Of a stretch of 64,000 nucleotides of DNA, positions 8,261 through 16,192 are shown in pieces. This stretch comes from a virus, in IMG/VR virus record IMGVR_UViG_3300020411_003736, positions 32,001 through 96,000 of that record; one strand, 5' to 3'. Every line of letters begins with the position of its first letter. Position 1 is the stretch's first letter. The position numbers were made by a program, and so were the translations under genes. The notes beneath the pieces are model-generated. The model did no database searches. It was not told the origin of the DNA and saw only the letters and a list, made by a program, of their open reading frames with translations.

Positions 8261-8450
8261 GGTCGGGTGGTGTTTAGGTGTGGGGTAGTTGGTGGGTGGT
8301 AAAATCGAAACAAAATCGACAACATCGGAAATCGATTTGTAGGTCGGGTGGTGTGTTGTGTAAATGGTTGGTGGGTAGTAAAATCCCCTAAATCGGATTT
8401 GTCGGAAATAGGGCGGGTGGTGTGTTGTGTAAGTGGTTGGTGGATAGGGT
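8261..8450 (+). repeat. Three imperfect G/T-rich direct repeats (GGYCGGGTGGTGT...GTTGGTGG)
   Basis: Copies start at 8261, 8342 and 8411; strong G-skew; noncoding. Confidence 0.8.
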
Positions 8451-8595
8451 GATAGGTGTGATTGGGTTAACCATCACTTTACCATTCTTCACGCCTTCCA
8501 AAATTATTTTTGTTTATTCTTTTTTTAAGGTGTCGTTTATACCACCAAAAAAAATATATCTTTTGTATCCTATCTATTATGTAATGTATAAAATT

Positions 8596-8639
8596 AACCA
8601 TAGTAACTCCCACGCCTTATTGAGACTCAATCTCAATAA
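8596..8639. repeat. Copy 1 of a ~45 bp repeat containing the palindrome TTATTGAGACTCAATCTCAATAA
   Basis: Matches 10610-10658. Confidence 0.75.
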
Positions 8640-8817
8640 ATAATTCTAATTGGTTTGGGTTGGGTTTCATAGGTCGAAACCAATTACCATATTCATCAAT
8701 CCAATTTTCCCAACCATAAGAAGTCATTTGTATTTCTATACATTCCAACATATATGGTGTTAGATTGTCGTGTGATTCTAATGTGATTGGTAATTTACTA
8801 TGTCTTATTTTCTTCAT
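8617..8817 (-). CDS. Hypothetical protein
   Basis: ORF track; C-terminal QLELF (clamp-binding-like) motif. Confidence 0.5.
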   Translation of the reverse strand: MKKIRHSKLPITLESHDNLTPYMLECIEIQMTSYGWENWIDEYGNWFRPMKPNPNQLELFIEIESQ

Positions 8818-8955
8818 TCATTTTTCTTTACATATTAGTAATATCAGATATATCTTATATTACTCATTCGTAAAATGGAAGTGCCTCTTTTTAATAGAAT
8901 AGGTGGGGTAAGAAAAAGGAGGAAACTCACCCCACCACACGATGGGTAAATGAAC

Positions 8956-10104
8956 TTAGTCACTCACCTCATCAAATAATTCTTCATCACTTCCATCACT
9001 CACAAACTTTTGAACGATTTGTTTGACAAAGGTTCTTTCGGAATCAACACCACCACTACTATCGTATTGTGGGTAGATTGTGATATCCGCGGATTCTTCC
9101 AAAGTGAATCCATCAAATAATAGTGATACTATTTCAACAGAAGTTCGAGTTGAGATACCACTACTAATTCGTGGATTATCATTTAGTGATTCCATTCGTG
9201 TCATATGAGATATTTTACTTACATTAGAAACTAATGTCTCATCTACAGATGGAAACATATATCTGAGTAATCCGAACTCTTCTTCTTCATTTAGTAAATC
9301 CATTTCAATAGTAGTGAACCTATCCATAAGTGCCTTATCTAATTGTCGGGTCGCGGTATACTCATTACCTATGTTCGCCGTGGCGACAAATGTAACTCCA
9401 TCAGATACCTTTATTGTATCCGAACCATCTTTTTCATCCAACCTTAAATATCTTTGTCCATAATCCAAAACAGACATTAGGATATTCCACGCATCGGGAT
9501 GTGCCCGCGTCAACTCATCCAATAGTATGATTGAGTTTGGAGTTTGTATCGCCTTTACAAAAAGTGATTCCGAAAAGTAAGTTCCTTTTTTGGAATCGAA
9601 ATGTGTATTTCCAATTAGGGTACTTCGTGGATCTTGTGTACTTCCCAAATTGAAGTAGAAAGATTCCCTATCCAAAGAATTGATTAAGGATTTCGCCGCG
9701 AGTGTCTTACCACACCCCGCTTGCCCTGTCATCATAATATTCTTACCTCTAATCGCAGACCTTATGAGATATTTCCACTTCAACTCTTTCATCACCAAAT
9801 CTTTTGGTTTGAGTTTATATGAAGTTGAAATGAAGTTCATCACTTCTTCGTGTTCAGATGGTATTTCGACATCCGAAGATGGTGGTGTAGTATATGTACT
9901 TCCCATACTATCGAATTGTGACATTGGGACTTTCCACCAATATATCCTTCCACCCTTCCCAACTCTTTGTTCTAAGGCCATACCCGCGTTAAAGGCGGAT
10001 TTTCGTGTGGATGTGAGAATCTCTGAAGTCCTTTTGACTCCATTCTGATCCCACGCATTGAATCTGTTCCCACTTTTTTCAATTTTAACGATTGTTGAAT
10101 TCAT
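8956..10104 (-). CDS. MoxR/CbbQ-like AAA+ ATPase
   Basis: Walker A GQAGCGKT, Walker B ILLDE, ATANIG and LDKALMDRF. Confidence 0.9.
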   Translation of the reverse strand: MNSTIVKIEKSGNRFNAWDQNGVKRTSEILTSTRKSAFNAGMALEQRVGKGGRIYWWKVPMSQFDSMGSTYTTPPSSDVEIPSEHEEVMNFISTSYKLKPKDLVMKELKWKYLIRSAIRGKNIMMTGQAGCGKTLAAKSLINSLDRESFYFNLGSTQDPRSTLIGNTHFDSKKGTYFSESLFVKAIQTPNSIILLDELTRAHPDAWNILMSVLDYGQRYLRLDEKDGSDTIKVSDGVTFVATANIGNEYTATRQLDKALMDRFTTIEMDLLNEEEEFGLLRYMFPSVDETLVSNVSKISHMTRMESLNDNPRISSGISTRTSVEIVSLLFDGFTLEESADITIYPQYDSSGGVDSERTFVKQIVQKFVSDGSDEELFDEVSD

Positions 10105-10131
10105 CGTTTTTTCTCCTTTTTCTGATACCTA

Positions 10132-10170
10132 AATTTACTCACTAAATACTATATGAGTCAAGCTTTTTTT
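10132..10170 (-). promoter_or_regulatory. Early promoter of the AAA+ ATPase
   Basis: AAAAAAAGCTTGACT-N18-TAAATT-TAGG. Confidence 0.75.
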
Positions 10171-10189
10171 TCACTTTTTTTCAATAAAT

Positions 10190-10540
10190 CGCGAGGTGGG
10201 GAAGAGGTCTTATTGACATCGCCTTCCTCACCCACCGAAATTTTCAGAGGGAATTAGTCGTCACCATTCCCTCTATATCTTAACTCACCGAATGACTATT
10301 CCCGTCGGAATTCATTACAAAGTGTTTAAGAAGTCTTTAAAAAATCTTTGGGAGTCTTTGTCAATGAGTTCTCCCTTTTCTCATCACCTCTGAAAATTTT
10401 ATCATCACCACGAGGATTTTTATGATGATGGTTGGTACATTCTACTCCTTAGTTCGTATTTACCGGCCCAACTCGGTGAACTTCAAATAGGGTATCATTT
10501 AAGTCATCTAAGTCTCAATTCCTTTTTTTTATCTCTCTCA
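10190..10540 (-). ncRNA. Candidate structured ncRNA
   Basis: Has its own promoter (10550-10590), no ORF of note, several hairpins, complementary loops and a 13-bp long-range helix. Confidence 0.5.
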
Positions 10541-10549
10541 TTACACCCA

Positions 10550-10590
10550 AATGTACCCATAAAATGCAATATGAGTCAAGGTTTTTTTTC
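10550..10590 (-). promoter_or_regulatory. Early promoter upstream of the candidate ncRNA
   Basis: A-tracts, TTGACT, N18, TACATT. Confidence 0.7.
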
Positions 10591-10609
10591 ACTTTTTTTC
10601 ACTTTTTTT

Positions 10610-10658
10610 TACCATAAGTTATCCCCCCCACGCCTTATTGAGACTCATTATCAATAAG
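10610..10658. repeat. Copy 2 of the repeat, with palindrome TTATTGAGACTCATTATCAATAA (Fur-box-like)
   Basis: Shares CCCACGCCTTATTGAGACTCA with 8609-8629; a partial inverted copy lies at 10696-10712. Confidence 0.75.
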
Positions 10659-10975
10659 TGTAACTATAGTAATATTAAGACTTACGACACGCATTTTGTT
10701 GAGTCTCAATAACATTTGAGTAATTAATCCAAAACTCTAAGTTATGGTAAAGTGTGGAATATACATAAAGTTATCCTTAAAGTCAAGCTTTTTATATCGA
10801 TATATTGTTTTATATACCAAAAATTTTAAAGTGGCGTGCGTGTGTCCATAGTATTTTGGATTCTATAGTATATTATATTAACCCTAATTAAAATATATAT
10901 TAGGGTTTTATGAAGTGGGTAATTGTGGTTTAAAGTGGTAACTTATGGTTAAGTACCACTATTATAAGGTATATC

Positions 10976-11191
10976 TTAATCTTCTATAAAATATTTGACT
11001 AAAACGGCGAGTTTATCCTCATATTCTGCCATTTTCTCTAATTCTTTTTCGATTGTCTCCATAGTATCTGGATGTTCCGCCACACCCACACCATTTTCAA
11101 TCATTATATTGATATTAACTTTATGTTTATTAATTTGGGATTCAAAGTAATCTTTCAATCCTTCCATTATATCATCTCTAAAGTTATTCAT
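10976..11191 (-). CDS. Conserved phage hypothetical protein
   Basis: HKVNI...NGVGVAEHPD..ETIEKEL motif, typical of marine T4-like phages. Confidence 0.7.
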   Translation of the reverse strand: MNNFRDDIMEGLKDYFESQINKHKVNINIMIENGVGVAEHPDTMETIEKELEKMAEYEDKLAVLVKYFIED

Positions 11192-11364
11192 ATCCTCACC
11201 TCTCTCAATGTCTTAACATATTTCCACGCATCACCCATTGTTTTGGAAATGTACTCTTTCGCATCTTCTTCATTTAGTGCGAGAAATGTGTACCCTTCAT
11301 CGGTTCTCCACCTCTTATAGTGTGAGAATTGTTTTGATTTTTTATCTTTCTTTTGTCTCTTCAT
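11188..11364 (-). CDS. Hypothetical protein (58 aa, not in the ORF track)
   Basis: MKRQKKDKKSKQFSHYKRWRTDEGYTFLALNEEDAKEY...; ATGA overlap with the next gene. Confidence 0.5.
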   Translation of the reverse strand: MKRQKKDKKSKQFSHYKRWRTDEGYTFLALNEEDAKEYISKTMGDAWKYVKTLREVRI

Positions 11365-11387
11365 ATTATGTGTCTAACTTCCTTATT

Positions 11388-11600
11388 TTATTTGTTTTTA
11401 TTTGTGAGTGAAATTTGGGTTCGAATCCATTCATCATATATCTTATCTATCTGTTCATCATCATATCCTCTCTTCTGGAATGCATCTTCTCTACTCATAT
11501 ATGTCATAGGTACATCGGATAGATTATACTCCCTACCATATGTATCTACAAATATTCTTTCCTTTAACCATTTAGGTTTATACTCTCTGTATGTTATCAT
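11388..11600 (-). CDS. Hypothetical protein
   Basis: ORF track; tightly packed. Confidence 0.55.
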   Translation of the reverse strand: MITYREYKPKWLKERIFVDTYGREYNLSDVPMTYMSREDAFQKRGYDDEQIDKIYDEWIRTQISLTNKNK

Positions 11601-11601
11601 C

Positions 11602-11805
11602 TTAATTCATGTCCTTTTTAACTTTAGGTTCATAGTATACTTTATCATAACAATTTAAACATAATTGTCCACACCCTTCTATATATCCCAATCTGAAATC
11701 CAAATGTTCATCTATGTCAAATTGAGTTTCACAATCACATATCACGCATTTATCTTTAGGTTTTATCTCTTCTTCTATTCCAATTGTCATTAATGGTTTT
11801 CTCAT
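11602..11805 (-). CDS. Small zinc-finger-like protein
   Basis: CVIC...YIEGCGQLCLNC. Confidence 0.65.
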   Translation of the reverse strand: MRKPLMTIGIEEEIKPKDKCVICDCETQFDIDEHLDFRLGYIEGCGQLCLNCYDKVYYEPKVKKDMN

Positions 11806-12050
11806 TTTACTAAATTATATCCTTCTATTAAATCCTCTACTTCATCTGTATTAGGAAATCTCCCAACCTCTTCCTTACTAAACAACATAGATGTCGCGTT
11901 ATTTGTGTGTAGAAACTTTACATTAAATATTCCATCCGAACCTTGTATTAAATCTACTTCTACTCCGAATCTATTTACTAAACTTTCCCTTAAACTAAGG
12001 GCTTGAAATTCATACCCTCATTGAGTACAATACTCTATAGTGATTTTCAT
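11802..12050 (-). CDS. Rdx-family (SelW/SelT/SelH-like) selenoprotein with CxxU motif (UGA at 12020-12018)
   Basis: MKITIEYCTQ-U-GYEFQALSLRESLVNRFGVEVDLIQGSDGIFNVKFLHTNNATSMLFSKEEVGRFPNTDEVEDLIEGYNLVK. The in-frame TGA sits at the catalytic CxxU position; a SECIS-like hairpin follows. Confidence 0.85.
11987..12001 (-). promoter_or_regulatory. Putative bacterial-type SECIS hairpin
   Basis: CCCTTA-GTT-TAAGGG stem-loop starting about 16 nt after the UGA; apical loop begins with GU. Confidence 0.55.
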
Positions 12051-12148
12051 CTATTTATCCATTTATACATTCTAAGAATCTTTTTAATATTCTTTTTATC
12101 TTATTCCTTTCACCTCTATTTCTTTCCCATAATAGAAATAACTCTTCT

Positions 12149-12334
12149 CTAAGTTTTGCCTCCGCTGACTCGCTCATTACTCTCTAATTCCTTTAACTCT
12201 TTTTCCAAACCTTCAATCATCCAACCATCCAAATGTCCTTTGGCTGTCAATTGTTGTTTGATGTGTTCTATTCTTTCCTTTCTCTTTAACTCTAAGGACA
12301 TCCCCTCTATCCAATTAGAAACTTGCTTCATCAA
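12149..12334 (-). CDS. Hypothetical protein
   Basis: ORF track. Confidence 0.5.
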   Translation of the reverse strand: MMKQVSNWIEGMSLELKRKERIEHIKQQLTAKGHLDGWMIEGLEKELKELESNERVSGGKT

Positions 12335-12570
12335 CCTCTTAACTCATAGTCTGAATATAAATCATCTTCCAATTCATCTTTCTTCTTACCTAATCTCCTA
12401 ATGATGTCCGACTCTTCCTTATCGGGACTAATACTTTCGGTTTTTTGTGCTATGTCAATACAATGAACCAAAAACTTCAATTGTTTTTCACTTAACGCAA
12501 TTCCATAACTTTTCTCCACATTTGGATTCATATAATTATGAACTTCACCAATTGTAAATTTCTCTTTCAT
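12331..12570 (-). CDS. Hypothetical protein
   Basis: Start probably MKEKF at 12570 (GGAG RBS, stop/start overlap). Confidence 0.55.
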   Translation of the reverse strand: MKEKFTIGEVHNYMNPNVEKSYGIALSEKQLKFLVHCIDIAQKTESISPDKEESDIIRRLGKKKDELEDDLYSDYELRG

Positions 12571-12815
12571 TATTCTTTCTCCAAGGTTATTCCGCATCCT
12601 TCCAACAACTCATCTAATGATATACCATCATCATATTCTTTACATTTTTGCATTTCTTCTACTAAGGGTACTAAAAACTTTTCATTTATTTCGGGCCGTT
12701 CTTCTATCAATCCCATAATAACAATTAATAATTGATTCATCACATCCCCATTCACCACATACTTATTTTCTCTAGCAAATGAGTAATAATCATAAAACTC
12801 GTTGTTAAACATCAC
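12570..12815 (-). CDS. Hypothetical protein
   Basis: ORF track. Confidence 0.55.
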   Translation of the reverse strand: MMFNNEFYDYYSFARENKYVVNGDVMNQLLIVIMGLIEERPEINEKFLVPLVEEMQKCKEYDDGISLDELLEGCGITLEKE

Positions 12816-12821
12816 ATCATC

Positions 12822-13184
12822 TTAAGCTTGCCCAATCTTATCATTCATTAAATCTTCCATAATTTGTTTCATCATATGGATTTCTTTAATTTCTTCAAAA
12901 CTCAATGCTTCCATCTCTTCTTCATTATGTTGTAACAATTGAGCTTTACTGATAACATCCACCAAATCTTCCGTAATACATTCTAATGAATCTTTTGTAG
13001 TATCATCTATATTAGAACCTTCTACAATTAATTCAATCAACCTATCTACCACGGTAGTTAGTTTTTTAGTGTCTAATTTTGGATTTGTTAAAGTATTTCT
13101 CATATCAACTATAAATATCTTCTTTTTCATACAAACCTGAGAACTATTTCGTATATATAGTGCCCCAACAAATTTTGGCTCCAC
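12822..13184 (-). CDS. Hypothetical protein
   Basis: ORF track; start uncertain. Confidence 0.55.
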   Translation of the reverse strand: MEPKFVGALYIRNSSQVCMKKKIFIVDMRNTLTNPKLDTKKLTTVVDRLIELIVEGSNIDDTTKDSLECITEDLVDVISKAQLLQHNEEEMEALSFEEIKEIHMMKQIMEDLMNDKIGQA

Positions 13185-13188
13185 TCTC

Positions 13189-13659
13189 TCATTTGAGAGG
13201 CATTTTCCCCCAACCCGTTAAATTTCTCGCTTTCAACCCACTCTCAAAATTATCAACCCAATCTTTTGATTCTTTAAGAGTTGGTATGTTCCCCTTACCA
13301 TTTAACCTTTCCATTTCTTTTCTGTATATTTTTATTGCTTCTATCTTCATACCCTTCTGTAATTTTTTTTCTATCTGATACTCCAATTGTGATTGAAAAG
13401 AACCATCAACTTCGCCATTCCACACCTTACGCCTATATTTCCAAATGATATTAGCCCTTCTCATTATATCTGCAATTTCTTCCTCTGTTAATTCATCATA
13501 ATTCGCAGCAACATTCGCTGTCATTACATAAGCCTCAGAGGAAAATGAAGAGAATAAATGATCATCGGTAGGTTTTATGTCTGGCTCTGTTGCCTTACAT
13601 AACTTTAATAACCTCTGGAGTCTTTCATACATCCATTCTTTTTTGTTACTACTAGGCAA
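13189..13659 (-). CDS. Protein with a C-terminal ribosomal L7/L12 CTD-like motif
   Basis: KIEAIKIYRKE...TLKESKDWVD resembles the bL12 pattern KIxVIKxVRxxxGLGLKEAKDLVE. Confidence 0.55.
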   Translation of the reverse strand: MPSSNKKEWMYERLQRLLKLCKATEPDIKPTDDHLFSSFSSEAYVMTANVAANYDELTEEEIADIMRRANIIWKYRRKVWNGEVDGSFQSQLEYQIEKKLQKGMKIEAIKIYRKEMERLNGKGNIPTLKESKDWVDNFESGLKARNLTGWGKMPLK

Positions 13660-13830
13660 TTATTTAACTATCTCATCCAATTTCAATTTTAACCTACTAA
13701 CCCAACTACCTTCTTTCTGAATCACCACAACATTTTCACCATCTATACTCTCGACCTCATACAAACCATCAATCCCAACCTTTAAAACTTTTACCCAATC
13801 TCCTACTTTTATTTCCTTTTTTTCTTTCAT
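13660..13830 (-). CDS. Small KOW/SH3-like protein (56 aa, not in the ORF track)
   Basis: MKEKKEIKVGDWVKVLKVGIDGLYEVESIDGENVVV...; GGAG RBS. Confidence 0.5.
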   Translation of the reverse strand: MKEKKEIKVGDWVKVLKVGIDGLYEVESIDGENVVVIQKEGSWVSRLKLKLDEIVK

Positions 13831-15798
13831 TTATTTCTCCAAAAACATATTGTTCATTGTTTTAGCCACTTCCATCATATTTGTGGGATTGATAAAAGTC
13901 GCATCCCTACCATACATTCTACTAAAAGTAGTTTTTTCATTCTCATAGGAATAATCACTACTGATAAAGTAACTCAATATTTTGATTCCATTATTTCGAA
14001 GTTGCTTCACCATTTTTTGAGTATGTTTCACAGCTTCTGTGCCTGAATAATGAATATCATTATTACCAAACCAAGGAGCCCCATCTGAATAATTGATGAA
14101 GTAATTATCATCACTATTTGACAAACCTAAAAAGTGATTCATCATAGCTTCGTAACATAGTGACTCTGGAGTAGTTCCACTAGTTCTAAGTGATGGCCAT
14201 AGATTCTTAACTTTACTTATCTTATCTTTTTGTGAATCATACGCAATCAACAGAACAGGATTATTTTCATTAGTATATCTCATACTCACAACAACTCTAA
14301 TGTTTCCAGCCATCTCAGCCGCTTTAATGATTGCCACAGTAGAGGTAATTGCATTTTCCCACTTCTTACCATTCATAGAACCTGAACCATCAATAGAAAT
14401 ATGAAGATTAGCTTTATTATATCTTTCTGTAAAGGTTTGTGAAAAAACTCTCTCATTACCAAATCCCAACTCAGAAATTAATCTTTTGTCTATTTTACCA
14501 GTATCTTGACGAGTGAAAATTAAATCTCTCTCTTCCCCACGAACCTTTAATTTCTTACCTAACATAGTTCCCAAACGAAGACCCTCAAGAATTGGTTTCC
14601 CATAATGTGAATCCCATACATCATCACCACCATACAACCAAGGTTTTTGAGCAAAATGAAAAGCATTACTATCTATTAAATCTTGAGTAAGATTAGGAAT
14701 AACAACACATTTTGTTTTTCCCATATATCCACCATCACCAACCTCAACCATCTCAGCACCACTTTTTGCAACAGAATTAACAATCTGAGCATCTCTTTTG
14801 GTTAGTTTGGATTTTGGTGTTTTTCCATCCATAAAATCTTTAGCTTTTTGAACAGCATTGATGAGTGATTTCTTTTGTCTATCTGATAACTCTTCAAAAT
14901 CTACAGAATCACCTTTTTCACCATCTTCAGCATCACCCGACTCAGCATCATCTCCTGGAGTCATTTCAGCATCACCAATATCAATAGTAGTTCCACCACC
15001 CATTTGAGAATCACTTTCTTCATTCTCTCCATCACCATTTTGTGACTCCGGCTGACCATTACCATTTTCATCATTGGTAGATTTAACAGAACCAACTATT
15101 GAAAATACCATATTTGAAACTTCTCTAGCCAAATCAATCACACCTTCAGGACTCAATCTCAATACATTTTTCAAATCCATCAAATTGTATATCTCACGAA
15201 GTTTTGGAAGTGCGTCTAAATCTGATTCCTTTGGAGCCATAAAACCTAAGATACGAAACTCATAACTTTCGATATCATACTCACGATACATACCTGATTT
15301 CAAACCCTTCCTAATGGCGTTATTTCTGAAATACTTCTTATAAAGACTGTGGTAGTAACCTTTGTAGCCAGGTGAAGATTTGAAAACCTTAGTATCGATT
15401 CTCCTATCCTCAATAAAGTTAATCATATTTTTGAAAAAAGCCCTTTGTTCATAAGTCCAATCCTCAGGAGTTTCTCTAATAGCGTCAGCCAAAAGTTCAA
15501 AATCACTAAAGGCAATGTGACTACCTTCGTGAAGAGCCAAACCAACTACATGGTCAAAATTCTTATCATTAATATTAGCAGAAATAGTAACATTCTTACC
15601 ATCTGTGTAACTATCTCCTCTTTGTGTATATTTAACAGGAATATTTTGTCCACTTACAATACGAACAAAATTTGCGATAGCTCTCTGATTAGAAGCCATC
15701 TGAATGTAATCTTTCTTTGGTTTTTCCTTTTCGATACCCAACAACTCATCAATGTCAGTATCATATTTATCAAACCAAAAATCCGAATAATTTTTCAT
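13831..15798 (-). CDS. VWA-domain protein with N-terminal HExxH domain (CobT-like partner of MoxR ATPases)
   Basis: LALHEGSH, IEDRRID, acidic linker, MIDAS motif DGSGSM...TP...SDG. Confidence 0.9.
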   Translation of the reverse strand: MKNYSDFWFDKYDTDIDELLGIEKEKPKKDYIQMASNQRAIANFVRIVSGQNIPVKYTQRGDSYTDGKNVTISANINDKNFDHVVGLALHEGSHIAFSDFELLADAIRETPEDWTYEQRAFFKNMINFIEDRRIDTKVFKSSPGYKGYYHSLYKKYFRNNAIRKGLKSGMYREYDIESYEFRILGFMAPKESDLDALPKLREIYNLMDLKNVLRLSPEGVIDLAREVSNMVFSIVGSVKSTNDENGNGQPESQNGDGENEESDSQMGGGTTIDIGDAEMTPGDDAESGDAEDGEKGDSVDFEELSDRQKKSLINAVQKAKDFMDGKTPKSKLTKRDAQIVNSVAKSGAEMVEVGDGGYMGKTKCVVIPNLTQDLIDSNAFHFAQKPWLYGGDDVWDSHYGKPILEGLRLGTMLGKKLKVRGEERDLIFTRQDTGKIDKRLISELGFGNERVFSQTFTERYNKANLHISIDGSGSMNGKKWENAITSTVAIIKAAEMAGNIRVVVSMRYTNENNPVLLIAYDSQKDKISKVKNLWPSLRTSGTTPESLCYEAMMNHFLGLSNSDDNYFINYSDGAPWFGNNDIHYSGTEAVKHTQKMVKQLRNNGIKILSYFISSDYSYENEKTTFSRMYGRDATFINPTNMMEVAKTMNNMFLEK

Positions 15799-15829
15799 TT
15801 GTTTCCTTTTTTATTTCTCATTTCGACCA

Positions 15830-15870
15830 AATATAACGATAAAATGCAATATGTGTCAAGCTTTTTTTTC
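15830..15870 (-). promoter_or_regulatory. Early promoter
   Basis: AAAAAAAAGCTTGACA-N18-TATATT. Confidence 0.75.
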
Positions 15871-15874
15871 ACTT

Positions 15875-16192
15875 TTATTTAATTTGTAATTCTTGTAACC
15901 ATTTTGGTACATTCTCCTTCATATAATGTTGTATAACAAATGCTTCAACCATATGAGTAAAAAACCAAATAAATGTAAGTATTGGTACATATATCCTAAA
16001 ATCCAATTCTAAATATCCCACACCAAACCAAGTCAGAAATAACATACCAACCGTTTTAGTTAAAAATCCCATTCCAGTAAAACCCAAACTCATCAAATTA
16101 CCACGTGCCACCACTACATACAAACCCATAACTAAATGTAATAAGTTTAATATAATTGGTGCTAACACACCTAATAAAATATATTCAATCAC
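15875..16192 (-). CDS. Membrane protein (3 TM)
   Basis: Hydrophobic segments. Confidence 0.65.
   Translation of the reverse strand: MIEYILLGVLAPIILNLLHLVMGLYVVVARGNLMSLGFTGMGFLTKTVGMLFLTWFGVGYLELDFRIYVPILTFIWFFTHMVEAFVIQHYMKENVPKWLQELQIK

Noticed and set aside
8119-8325. N-terminal 69 aa of the 84-aa ORF 8071..8325
   Set aside because: Translates the G-rich repeats; the real RBS precedes the internal ATG at 8118.
8261-8450. Possible CRISPR array
   Set aside because: Repeats are degenerate and unevenly spaced (81 and 69 nt), the linkers resemble each other, and there is no cas operon. The Cas4-like nuclease is a common stand-alone phage gene 43 kb away.
11802-12050. Calling the Rdx gene a pseudogene
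   Set aside because: The single stop is TGA exactly at the position where family members carry Sec, the frame and motifs are intact on both sides, and a SECIS-like hairpin follows. A pseudogene remains possible but less likely.
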